From the NCBI GenBank assembly GCA_964494155.1, contig CAZBQX010000002.1, positions 67,780-129,941 of the forward strand: 62,162 nt of DNA, given 5' to 3'. The notes below the pieces were generated by a model. It did not search any database, was not told the origin of the DNA, and worked only from the letters and a program-made list of their open reading frames with translations. This document shows, in pieces, positions 19,328 through 27,684 of this stretch. Each line of letters begins with the position of its first letter. Position 1 is the stretch's first letter. Both the position numbers and the translations under genes were made by a program. Origin of the DNA: an uncultured Syntrophales bacterium. Its GTDB lineage: Bacteria > Desulfobacterota > Syntrophia > Syntrophales > JAAYKM01.

Positions 19328-19968
19328 GCATGGGATATACCATCCAGGTGGGGGCTTTCGCCAAGGTGGAAAATGCGGCCCGGTTGGCCGATGGATTACG
19401 AAGCCGCGGCTTGAACGCCATTTACTATGTGAGCCACCGGGATCTCTATAAAGTCCGGTTCGGCAACTATCCGACCCGGGAAGCGGCCAGACTGAGGGCG
19501 GAGAGACTTCAGGCAACAGGCATGATCGATGAGTTTTACATCGTCAGTCCCGATGCCTACGCAGTTGCAAATCAAGACAAGTACGGTACATCGTTCTTAA
19601 GAGGCGAACTTGTTAAGACGGCGGAAACGTTTATCGGGGTTCCTTATCTCTGGGGCGGCAATTCCGTGGACACGGGTTTTGATTGCAGCGGCCTGACCAT
19701 GACGGTTTATCAGCTGAACGGTCTCGATTTACCCCGTCATTCGGGCGATCAATTTGAGATCGGATTGCCCGTCGAACGTGAAGAACTGCAACCGGGTGAC
19801 CTGATTTTCTTTCACACCCGGGGAAACGGTAAAATTTCTCACGTGGGCATCTTCGTGGGTGGAGATCAATTTATCCACGCCCCGGGAACAGGAAAGACCA
19901 TTCGCAGGGATTTCCTCTCCAGTGCATATTACCGCACGCGATATGTGGGAGGGAGAAGTTATCTCTAA
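19189..19968 (+). CDS. SPOR-domain NlpC/P60 peptidoglycan endopeptidase lipoprotein
   Basis: Lipobox LLAC; SPOR YTIQVGAF...LYKVRFG; NlpC/P60 PYLWGG, FDCSGL, HVGI, IHA. Confidence 0.92.
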   Translation: MISHSTYRKILLQGTTLLLILILLACAGKGTVPTSPPAVKAHRELPRMGYTIQVGAFAKVENAARLADGLRSRGLNAIYYVSHRDLYKVRFGNYPTREAARLRAERLQATGMIDEFYIVSPDAYAVANQDKYGTSFLRGELVKTAETFIGVPYLWGGNSVDTGFDCSGLTMTVYQLNGLDLPRHSGDQFEIGLPVEREELQPGDLIFFHTRGNGKISHVGIFVGGDQFIHAPGTGKTIRRDFLSSAYYRTRYVGGRSYL

Positions 19969-20058
19969 GGATATATATTATGATTGTTGCGTCTAGTAAT
20001 GTTCACAGGTTTAAATTTTTCTAATCCGCCAGAAAACTTGCATGTATGGTGAACCAGG

Positions 20059-21477
20059 ATGGCTGAAGTATTGATTGTGGACGATAACGAAACGACCGTT
20101 GAAGTGTTGAAGAAAATCGTCCAGAAAATGGGTCATAATGTGAGCACCGCACTGACCCTGAATAAGGGGCTTTATCTCTCCACGATCAAGGAATTTGACG
20201 TGGTGATGCTCGATGTGCGCCTTCCCGATGGGAACGGCATTGCCTCGCTGACTGAATTTCAGAATGTCCCGTCATCGCCGGAAGTCATCATCATGACCGG
20301 TTACGGCGACGCGGACGGCGCGGAACTGGCGATCCGGAGCGGCGCCTGGGATTATATTGAAAAACCGGCTTCATTGCCGATGATGACCCTGCCGATTATT
20401 CGCGCGCTTCAATATCGGGAAACAAAAAAACAGAAGAACAATCTCAAATCCCTGAAACGTGAAGGCATTGTCGGAAGAAGTCCTCAATTGGACGCCTGTC
20501 TGGATTTTGTGGCAAAAGCGTCCGTTTCCGATGCCAATGTCCTGCTCAAGGGGGAATCGGGGACGGGAAAAGAACTGATTGCCAAGGCGATTCATGAAAA
20601 CAGTGTCCGATCTCTCAAGAATTTTGTGATTGCCGACTGTTCATCGTTGCCGGTTACCATGCTGGAGAGTGTGCTGTTAGGTGACGTACGAGATGCCTAC
20701 AGCATCGATGACAAAGTCAGAACCGGTCTGTTTCAGCAGGCCGATCGGGGTACAATTTTGCTGAAAGACGTCGAAGAAATGTCCCTTACCCTCCAGAAAA
20801 CCTTCCTGCGGGTCTTGGAAGAGCGTCATGTCCGGCCTGTGGGAAGTCGCCAGGATATTAAAAGCGACTTCCGCCTGGTGGTGTCCACAAAACGGGATCT
20901 GGAAGAAATGACCAACACGGGACTCTTTCGCGGAGATCTTTATGAAAAACTGCAGTCCCTGACCTTGGAGATTCCTCCCCTGCGTGAACGTAGAGAGGAT
21001 ATCCTGGAAATCGCCCTCTTTCATTCTACAAAAATCTGCAAGCGTTTCGCTATGGGCGTCAAGGGTTTTGCTCCCGATTTCGTCGATGTCCTGATGGCCT
21101 ATAACTGGCCCGGCAACATGCGGGAATTGATCCATGCCTTGGAGATGGCCCATAACGTTGCCCTGGATAGTCCGACTCTCTTTGGCCAACATCTTCCCCT
21201 GTATGTTCGGGTGAATGTAAAACGGTCCATGATTAAAAACGTTGACCCCACCGACATGTCCCCTGCGGAAGAGGCGCAAACTTTTCCCAGTTATAAAGAA
21301 ATGCGAACGGAGACCATTGATAAGGCGGAGCGACAGTATGTCATCAATCTCCTGTCTTTTTCCGGAAACAGTATTAAAAAGGCCTGTGAGATTTCCGGCA
21401 TGTCGCGGCCACGGCTCTATGAATTGATGAAAAAGCATCATATCGACCGGCACAATGTAACCGATGAAATGCCATAA
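20059..21477 (+). CDS. NtrC-family REC-AAA+-HTH regulator with degenerate sigma54-activation motifs
   Basis: REC DVVMLD and KP, Walker A GESGTGKE, WPGNMREL and HTH are present; GAFTGA is replaced by DAYSID and Walker B reads LLKD. Confidence 0.9.
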   Translation: MAEVLIVDDNETTVEVLKKIVQKMGHNVSTALTLNKGLYLSTIKEFDVVMLDVRLPDGNGIASLTEFQNVPSSPEVIIMTGYGDADGAELAIRSGAWDYIEKPASLPMMTLPIIRALQYRETKKQKNNLKSLKREGIVGRSPQLDACLDFVAKASVSDANVLLKGESGTGKELIAKAIHENSVRSLKNFVIADCSSLPVTMLESVLLGDVRDAYSIDDKVRTGLFQQADRGTILLKDVEEMSLTLQKTFLRVLEERHVRPVGSRQDIKSDFRLVVSTKRDLEEMTNTGLFRGDLYEKLQSLTLEIPPLRERREDILEIALFHSTKICKRFAMGVKGFAPDFVDVLMAYNWPGNMRELIHALEMAHNVALDSPTLFGQHLPLYVRVNVKRSMIKNVDPTDMSPAEEAQTFPSYKEMRTETIDKAERQYVINLLSFSGNSIKKACEISGMSRPRLYELMKKHHIDRHNVTDEMP

Positions 21478-21505
21478 TCATAATAAGGAATAAGAGCGGA
21501 CGGCG

Positions 21506-21874
21506 ATGAAGGTCATTCTGTACATAGCTAAAGATCACCGGGAAGGGCAAAAACTGCAGTCCGCTGTCGAGAAGATAATACCGAAGCACTTGCTGGTCGT
21601 CTTCAATATGATTACGGCCCTGTCCCAAGGGCTCAGGGGCCCCCTGTCCGATACGGTGCTGGTGCTTTGCCCTTCCTGCAAAGAAGACGTCCGGGAACTC
21701 GTGGCCTTACGGGAATTGATCCAGGGTGTACGGACGATTATGGTGCTTCCCGACGACGAGCGGGAGACGGTGGCGATCGGACACCGTTTCCAGCCCCGTT
21801 TTCTGACCATGTCCACCCCGGATTTCAAGGATGTTTCCAAAGTGCTGGGGAAAATGCTCCATCTGCGGGATTGA
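21506..21874 (+). CDS. Hypothetical protein, predicted pseudo-receiver fold (copy 1)
   Basis: 122 aa; shares VLPDD-x-ET...H...PR-[FY]-L with 53738-54217. Confidence 0.7.
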   Translation: MKVILYIAKDHREGQKLQSAVEKIIPKHLLVVFNMITALSQGLRGPLSDTVLVLCPSCKEDVRELVALRELIQGVRTIMVLPDDERETVAIGHRFQPRFLTMSTPDFKDVSKVLGKMLHLRD

Positions 21875-22132
21875 TGGTGCGGTTTTCTCCGTAGAATTTC
21901 TTTTTATGGTTTGGTGCGATATCTTTTCCGGCCAGCGTTTTCCTGAATGTCGCATGAAAGCAGACCCTGAAAAGAATTGGCAAAATCAAGCGGTTAACCT
22001 GTCATCTGTCATCATTTTTTATTAAAGTCCTGATTCGATCATTCCGATATACCATTCAAGTGTGTAACCAGATTTACATAAGAATCGGTTCTGCCGAAAG
22101 TGCATCAAACTGGGGGAGAAAGGAGGGAAAAC

Positions 22133-22645
22133 GTGGATAGTGAAATCAGTGTGATAGATCAAACCGTTCGGGCGATTGCCGTCAAAGAGGGGAAATACTT
22201 GACTTTTACTCTCGCCGGAGAGGAGTACGGCATCGGGATTCTGAAAGTCAGGGAAATTGTCGGCATGATGAACATTACCCGAATTCCACAGACTCCATCG
22301 TATGTCAAGGGGGTCGTCAATCTGCGGGGAAAGGTCATCCCAGTTGTTGACCTGCGGTTAAAGTTCGGTATTGAGGCCATGGACTACACGGACCGGACCT
22401 GTATTATCGTCGTCGAGATTGTGGGGACGGGCAAAGACATACCCATGGGTGTTGTTGTTGATGCGGTTTCGGAAGTCATCAATATCCGCCAAAGTGATAT
22501 TGAGGAAACGCCCAACTTCGGAACACGTATCGATACGGATTACATTTTAGGCATGGCCAAAACCAACGGGGGTGTAAAAATCCTCCTTGATATTGATCGG
22601 GTCCTGTCGGCAGCGGAAGTCACAGCATTGGAGCAAGTCATGTAA
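22133..22645 (+). CDS. cheW: Chemotaxis adaptor CheW (copy 1)
   Basis: KYLTFTL..EEYGI.ILKVREI, GVVNLRGKVIPVVDLR, ILLDID; GTG start after GGAGG. Confidence 0.95.
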   Translation: MDSEISVIDQTVRAIAVKEGKYLTFTLAGEEYGIGILKVREIVGMMNITRIPQTPSYVKGVVNLRGKVIPVVDLRLKFGIEAMDYTDRTCIIVVEIVGTGKDIPMGVVVDAVSEVINIRQSDIEETPNFGTRIDTDYILGMAKTNGGVKILLDIDRVLSAAEVTALEQVM

Positions 22646-22720
22646 CCTGATCCACACAAGTCTTAAATCTTATCTTGCCGGGGGGATAAATCATGAAAAA
22701 TTGTGAGGTGAACATGAAGT

Positions 22721-22736
22721 CGGCAGGGCTTTTGCG
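22721..22736 (+). promoter_or_regulatory. Possible sigma54 -24/-12 promoter upstream of MCP copy 1
   Basis: CGGCAGGGCTTTTGCG has GG-N10-GC spacing and TTGC. Confidence 0.35.
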
Positions 22737-22847
22737 CCATATCGTCCTGTTGGTTTGTCCGGTCAGGAGGGAAGGGGTGGTTCCATTTCTTTCCGATAAT
22801 CATATCATATAATCTTCAATATCAAATCTTTCTGGGGGGAAAAAATC

Positions 22848-24473
22848 ATGAAAAATATGAAGTTGAGTGTGAAGCTGGTGGGAAGCTTTGTTGCTGTTGC
22901 ACTGCTGACCTGTCTGGTGGGACTGGTGGGAACCTTTTCCATTTATTCGATTGATAATGCGGATACCGAACTGTATGAGGTGAACACGCTTGCCTTAAAC
23001 CATGTGGGAAAACTTAAAGAAGATTTTCAGAAGATGCGCAGTGTTTTTCGGGACGGCATGATGACCAAGTTCCTTTTTAATCGGGATGCTGCGGAGCATT
23101 TTTCCCAGGTCAAGGAACTGGACGGCACCATGCAGAAAACGTTGTCCGAGCTTGAAAAAATTATGAAGACGGATGATTTGAAACAGGCGTTGGCCGGGGT
23201 CAATGCGGCACTCAATGAATATTATCCGGTCCGTAACAGGCTGTCCGGTCTCGTGGAGGAGGGCAAACAGGAAGAATCGTTCAGCCTGCTTCAGGGAGAT
23301 GTGGCGGTTTATGGAAAGAAGCTGGGCGAGGCCATTGTCCGGATAGATGAACTGGCGGTGGATCAGGCCAAGGCCAAGTCGGAAGGAAACACCCGGAAAG
23401 CAAATTGGGCGGTTCTCATGATGTGGTTTTTAACATTTGCGGGAACCTTGCTTGCCGTGGCCCTTGGCGCTCTGGCTTCGCGTTCTATTGTCCGGCCGAT
23501 TCAACGGGTTGTGGACGGGCTGTCGGAAGGCGCCGCCCAGGTGTCGGCTGCATCGACGCAGGTTGCGTCATCCAGCCAGAATCTGGCGGAAGGGACTTCG
23601 CAACAGGCAGCATCCCTCGAGGAGACGTCTTCCTCCCTGGAGGAGATTGCTTCCATGACACGTCAGAATGCCGAGAATACAGCCCAGTGTGATCAGGTGC
23701 TAAAAAACGAAGCAGCGCCCAATTTCCAGATTATCAGTGACCGCATCGAGAAAATGAAGGTGGCCATTGAGGAAACGGTCCGGGCAAGCGATGAAACCTC
23801 CAAGATCATCAAGACCATTGACGAAATTGCCTTCCAGACGAATCTTTTGGCGCTCAATGCCGCGGTGGAAGCAGCCCGGGCAGGCGAAGCCGGGGCCGGA
23901 TTTGCTGTCGTGGCGGATGAAGTGAGAAACCTGGCTATGCGGGCTGCCGAAGCGGCGAAAAACACCTCCGAACTCATCGAAGGGTCCAACAGACGGATCA
24001 AGGATGCTTCGACTTTGTCGGAACAGGTCATCGAAGCCATCGGCGAGAATGCGAGGATCGCCCAAAAAGTAACCCAGTTGACCGAGGAAATTGCCGCCGC
24101 AAGCCAGGAACAGTCCCATGGCTTAAATCAGGTGAATATTGCCGTCTCCGAAATGGATAAGGTAACCCAGCAGGCGGCGGCCAATGCGGAGGAATCGGCC
24201 AGCGCGGCGGAGGAAATGAACGCCCAGGCATCACAGATGCTGACCTACGTTCACGAACTTTTATCGATTGTCGGAGGTCATCAGGCCGATACCGTACAGC
24301 ACAATACATATTCAACCGAACGGGCGATGCCGTTGCATCCGCTGTGCCATCGCTCTCGCACCTCCCGTTCCGTAACCAAACGGCCGGCACGTATCGCCGC
24401 GGTGGAAAAGAAGCAGGTGGTCAGACCTGAAGAAATTCTGCCTCTCGAAGAGACGGAATTCAGGGATTTCTAA
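22848..24473 (+). CDS. Methyl-accepting chemotaxis protein (copy 1)
   Basis: Two TM segments flanking a helical periplasmic domain; tip IDEIAFQTNLLALNAAVEAARAGEAGAGFAVVADEVR; C-terminal EFRDF. Confidence 0.96.
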   Translation: MKNMKLSVKLVGSFVAVALLTCLVGLVGTFSIYSIDNADTELYEVNTLALNHVGKLKEDFQKMRSVFRDGMMTKFLFNRDAAEHFSQVKELDGTMQKTLSELEKIMKTDDLKQALAGVNAALNEYYPVRNRLSGLVEEGKQEESFSLLQGDVAVYGKKLGEAIVRIDELAVDQAKAKSEGNTRKANWAVLMMWFLTFAGTLLAVALGALASRSIVRPIQRVVDGLSEGAAQVSAASTQVASSSQNLAEGTSQQAASLEETSSSLEEIASMTRQNAENTAQCDQVLKNEAAPNFQIISDRIEKMKVAIEETVRASDETSKIIKTIDEIAFQTNLLALNAAVEAARAGEAGAGFAVVADEVRNLAMRAAEAAKNTSELIEGSNRRIKDASTLSEQVIEAIGENARIAQKVTQLTEEIAAASQEQSHGLNQVNIAVSEMDKVTQQAAANAEESASAAEEMNAQASQMLTYVHELLSIVGGHQADTVQHNTYSTERAMPLHPLCHRSRTSRSVTKRPARIAAVEKKQVVRPEEILPLEETEFRDF

Positions 24474-24491
24474 CACCCGGTGTTATCTTGT

Positions 24492-24531
24492 GCGGCAGGT
24501 TCCCTTCCGGTTTTGGAAGGGAACCTGCCGC
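24492..24531. terminator. Strong hairpin between convergent genes
   Basis: Perfect 17-bp stem gcggcaggttcccttcc/ggaagggaacctgccgc with 6-nt loop. Confidence 0.75.
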
Positions 24532-24578
24532 GGTTCGGGAAACATGTTTAAGCGGGGTGTCTGGGCGCCGTTTGTCTG

Positions 24579-25094
24579 TTAAACGATGAAATAGGCCATC
24601 CGTGTCGAGACCTTCTGCATCAAATTGTTCAGCAGGGTGGTGTCTATTCCCGGCTGGTAGCGCGTGGCGGAAGGGTCACCGCAGTTGAGGCTTCCCATGA
24701 CGGTGGCGTTGCAAGCCAAGGGGCAGATGGCAAAGGATTTGATGAAATATTTTGTGTTGCCGGGTAAAAGACGGTAAAAAGGGGCCACATTTTCATTGAC
24801 GAGCACGGGGAGCGCCCCCTTCCCGACAATTTCAGAAAAGGCATCCCGACTGATTAAATTCAGTCGTTCTGAGAGATAAGCGGATGAAACGAGTTCCTTT
24901 TTCAGATAAGCCGTTGCCGGTTCATCGATGAGGGTCATCCAGACAAAGGGGATATTAAATTCCTGCCCCATCTCCAGCAAAAGCTTTTCGCAGAGTTCCG
25001 TGACGTTATCGCAGGTAAAAAGATCCGCCTGTATTTTTTGAAATTTTCTCAGCAGATCTTCGTTGACCTTCTGCACATTCCAAGTGTCCGGCAT
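24579..25094 (-). CDS. GAF-like protein, DUF484-like
   Basis: 171 aa; C-terminal FAICPL...GSLNCGDPSATRYQPGIDTTLL resembles GAF/DUF484 proteins. Confidence 0.55.
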   Translation of the reverse strand: MPDTWNVQKVNEDLLRKFQKIQADLFTCDNVTELCEKLLLEMGQEFNIPFVWMTLIDEPATAYLKKELVSSAYLSERLNLISRDAFSEIVGKGALPVLVNENVAPFYRLLPGNTKYFIKSFAICPLACNATVMGSLNCGDPSATRYQPGIDTTLLNNLMQKVSTRMAYFIV

Positions 25095-25115
25095 GATCTG
25101 TAACCCTCCTGTTTC

Positions 25116-25898
25116 TCAATGAAATTCGGCGACCAATATCGTATGGTCCGACGGTTTCTCCGCCCTTCTCGGTTCCAGGTCAATGGAGCATGACTGGGAT
25201 TTTTCGGCCAGCGGCTTTGTCGCCAGGATATGATCGATACGCCAGCCCAGACCCCGCTCCAGAGTCTGGGGGACGCGATAATCAAAAAATGTGTACTGTT
25301 GGGGTTCGCCGGGATGGTGCTTGCGAAAAACATCCGCAAACCCCCATTCGCGGACGCGGGCATAGGCTGCCCAGACATCCGGATTAAAACAGACATGCCC
25401 CAACAGGCGTTTGGGGTCATAGACATCGATCGTTTCTGGAGCGACATTCAAATCCCCACACCAGATGAGACGGTCGTCGGATTGCCAGTGTTTATTGATG
25501 AAAGCCTGCAATCGGTCAAACCACTGCAGTTTATAGCGAAACTGTTCCGATTCCCGGTCACGTCCCTGGGGCACATAGGTGTTGAGAATATGGGTGTCCC
25601 CGATTTTCAAGGCTATCAGGCGGTCCATGTCTGCCGGCCCGCCGTCGTCCAGACCGTATTCAATATGATCCGGTTTTTTCCGCGAGACAATGGCGACGCC
25701 GTTATATTGCTTGCTGCCCCGGAAGGCGACATGGTAACCGGCATCGCTGAATGCCTGCAGGGGGAATTTTCCGTCTTCAACCTTGGTTTCCTGCATGCAG
25801 AATACATCCGGATGATGATCAACCAGCCAGGGAATGATGATGTGTAACCGAGACCGGATCGAATTGACATTATAGGTGGCAAGTTTGAAATGTTCCAT
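25116..25898 (-). CDS. xth: Exodeoxyribonuclease III
   Basis: [39 protein letters not shown]. Confidence 0.95.
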   Translation of the reverse strand: MEHFKLATYNVNSIRSRLHIIIPWLVDHHPDVFCMQETKVEDGKFPLQAFSDAGYHVAFRGSKQYNGVAIVSRKKPDHIEYGLDDGGPADMDRLIALKIGDTHILNTYVPQGRDRESEQFRYKLQWFDRLQAFINKHWQSDDRLIWCGDLNVAPETIDVYDPKRLLGHVCFNPDVWAAYARVREWGFADVFRKHHPGEPQQYTFFDYRVPQTLERGLGWRIDHILATKPLAEKSQSCSIDLEPRRAEKPSDHTILVAEFH

Positions 25899-25915
25899 CG
25901 AGGAACTCCTTTATC

Positions 25916-27640
25916 CTAAGGTGAGAAATTTTTCAATCCCATGGGCATATCAACCTTAAGCGCCCGATGATATTCCTGTTCCAGATACGATCGGTCGGTT
26001 GCCGTCGCAATGAAATCCCAGGGCAGAAACTCAGTAAAGGGCTTCTGCCGGTAGACAAAGAAATCGGCGTTCAGAGAGACCGCTTTGAGGGCCTGAGACC
26101 AGTTTCCTTCCAGACGATGAACTGTGGAAAGCATCTGTCCCACCCGTCGGTCTCCCAAAGACAGAAGGGCTTGGATATAATTCCATTTGGGCAGGTCGTG
26201 GAGAATTCGCACACCGGGTTCTCCCTTCAGCCCCTGGCTGATGCGCTTGATCCGTCGGTTCACCACGTGGATATCCTCCAGGGGATGCCATTGAAAGGGA
26301 GTTTGGGGTTTGGGGATGAACTGATTGATGCTCAGCGTCAGGCGCCGGAAGGTTTTCTTCCCTTCGGTGTGGGCCAAAGTATGGTGCCGCATCCGTTTCA
26401 CAAGGCGAATCAGGTCGTCGATATCCGCATCGCTTTCCGTCGGAAGTCCGACAAGAAAGTACAGGCGAAGGTTCTGGACATCTTGGTCGATCAGGTATTC
26501 CAGAGCGTTGAAAATCTGCCGGTCCGTGATGTTTTTGCGGATGACTTCGCGCAAACGCTGTGACCCCGCCTCAGGGGCCAGGGCGATGGTGTCGATATGA
26601 GCCTCATGAATCAATTCGGCGATTTCGGGTGTGATGCGGTCGATGCGCAGCGAACTCAGAGAAAGGCGGCCGCCCTTGCCGAGGACCGTTCGGCAGATTT
26701 CCTCAAGATCTGGATGATCCGAGACGGCCGTCCCCAAAAGACCGATTTTCTTCCCCTGAGCCAAGCCTGCCTCTAAAGATGGAGATAGGGTCTCCTTGGT
26801 TCGGTAGCGCACGGGGCGGTAAATAAAACCCGCCGCACAGAATCGACATCCCCGTCGGCATCCCCGGCTGATTTCCGTAATGAACATATCGCCGAATTCC
26901 GTTTCATCTGTGGTCAGGATCTGGTCGGTGCTGAAAGTGTTGATGTCCGACATCCAGCGCCTTTGGATTTTTGCAGGGAAACAGTCTTCTTTGGGTCGGA
27001 TATCGAGAACGGTTTGATCTTCCGTGTAGCGTACTTCATAAAACCGGGGGCAATAAACGCCCTCCACCGTCTGTTGGATATTTCGCAGTCTATCTTCTCT
27101 GTGCAGTCCCCTGTCAAAGGATTTTTTCATTTCCCCAAAGAACTCGGGGATCAGGGTTTCCCCCTCCCCGATCAGAAAGGCGTCCATAAACTCGGCCAGA
27201 GGTTCGGGATTCAAGGTAACGGAGATGCCGCCGGCCAGGCATAGAGGATCATCTTCACCCCGCTGGTCGCCTCGTACCGGAATTTTCCCCAACTCAAGTA
27301 TTTTCAGAATGTTGGGGTAGTCATTTTCGAAGGGGATGGAGAAGGCGACAAAGTCGAATTCGTGCAGCGGTTTCTGGGATTCCATGCTGAAAAGAGGGCG
27401 AGAATGCTTCCGAAATTGTGCCTCGTCTTCCGCGGGAGGGAGAAAGACACGCTCGCACAGGCAGAAAGGAATGTCGTTGATAAGCTTGTAAACGGTTTGG
27501 AAGCCGAGGTTGGACATGCCCGTCTGATAAAAATGGGGGTAGGCAAGACAAATTGTCAAGCCTTCCCCCCATACTTTCTTCCGGGAGCCTGTTTCGCGAT
27601 CCAGGAGCGCCTGGTTTTTCCTTGTCAGTTCCCAGGACAT
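25916..27640 (-). CDS. Radical SAM protein with N-terminal B12-binding-like domain
   Basis: GMSNLG, CERVF, EISRGCRRGCRFC, APEAGSQRLR, LYFLVGLP, FIPKPQTPFQ. Confidence 0.88.
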   Translation of the reverse strand: MSWELTRKNQALLDRETGSRKKVWGEGLTICLAYPHFYQTGMSNLGFQTVYKLINDIPFCLCERVFLPPAEDEAQFRKHSRPLFSMESQKPLHEFDFVAFSIPFENDYPNILKILELGKIPVRGDQRGEDDPLCLAGGISVTLNPEPLAEFMDAFLIGEGETLIPEFFGEMKKSFDRGLHREDRLRNIQQTVEGVYCPRFYEVRYTEDQTVLDIRPKEDCFPAKIQRRWMSDINTFSTDQILTTDETEFGDMFITEISRGCRRGCRFCAAGFIYRPVRYRTKETLSPSLEAGLAQGKKIGLLGTAVSDHPDLEEICRTVLGKGGRLSLSSLRIDRITPEIAELIHEAHIDTIALAPEAGSQRLREVIRKNITDRQIFNALEYLIDQDVQNLRLYFLVGLPTESDADIDDLIRLVKRMRHHTLAHTEGKKTFRRLTLSINQFIPKPQTPFQWHPLEDIHVVNRRIKRISQGLKGEPGVRILHDLPKWNYIQALLSLGDRRVGQMLSTVHRLEGNWSQALKAVSLNADFFVYRQKPFTEFLPWDFIATATDRSYLEQEYHRALKVDMPMGLKNFSP

Positions 27641-27684
27641 GACGGGTGCATATTATTGTTTTGCCTTTGTCGGTAGGTTGCCCT

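Noticed and set aside
18542-19421. Repeated minus-strand ORFs (MEQYLSICRMG...) suggesting a repeat protein
   Set aside because: They are by-products of the 311-bp duplication read antisense.
21967-21985. TTGGCAAAATCAAGCGG as a sigma54 promoter for cheW copy 1
   Set aside because: GG to GC spacing is 9, not 10.
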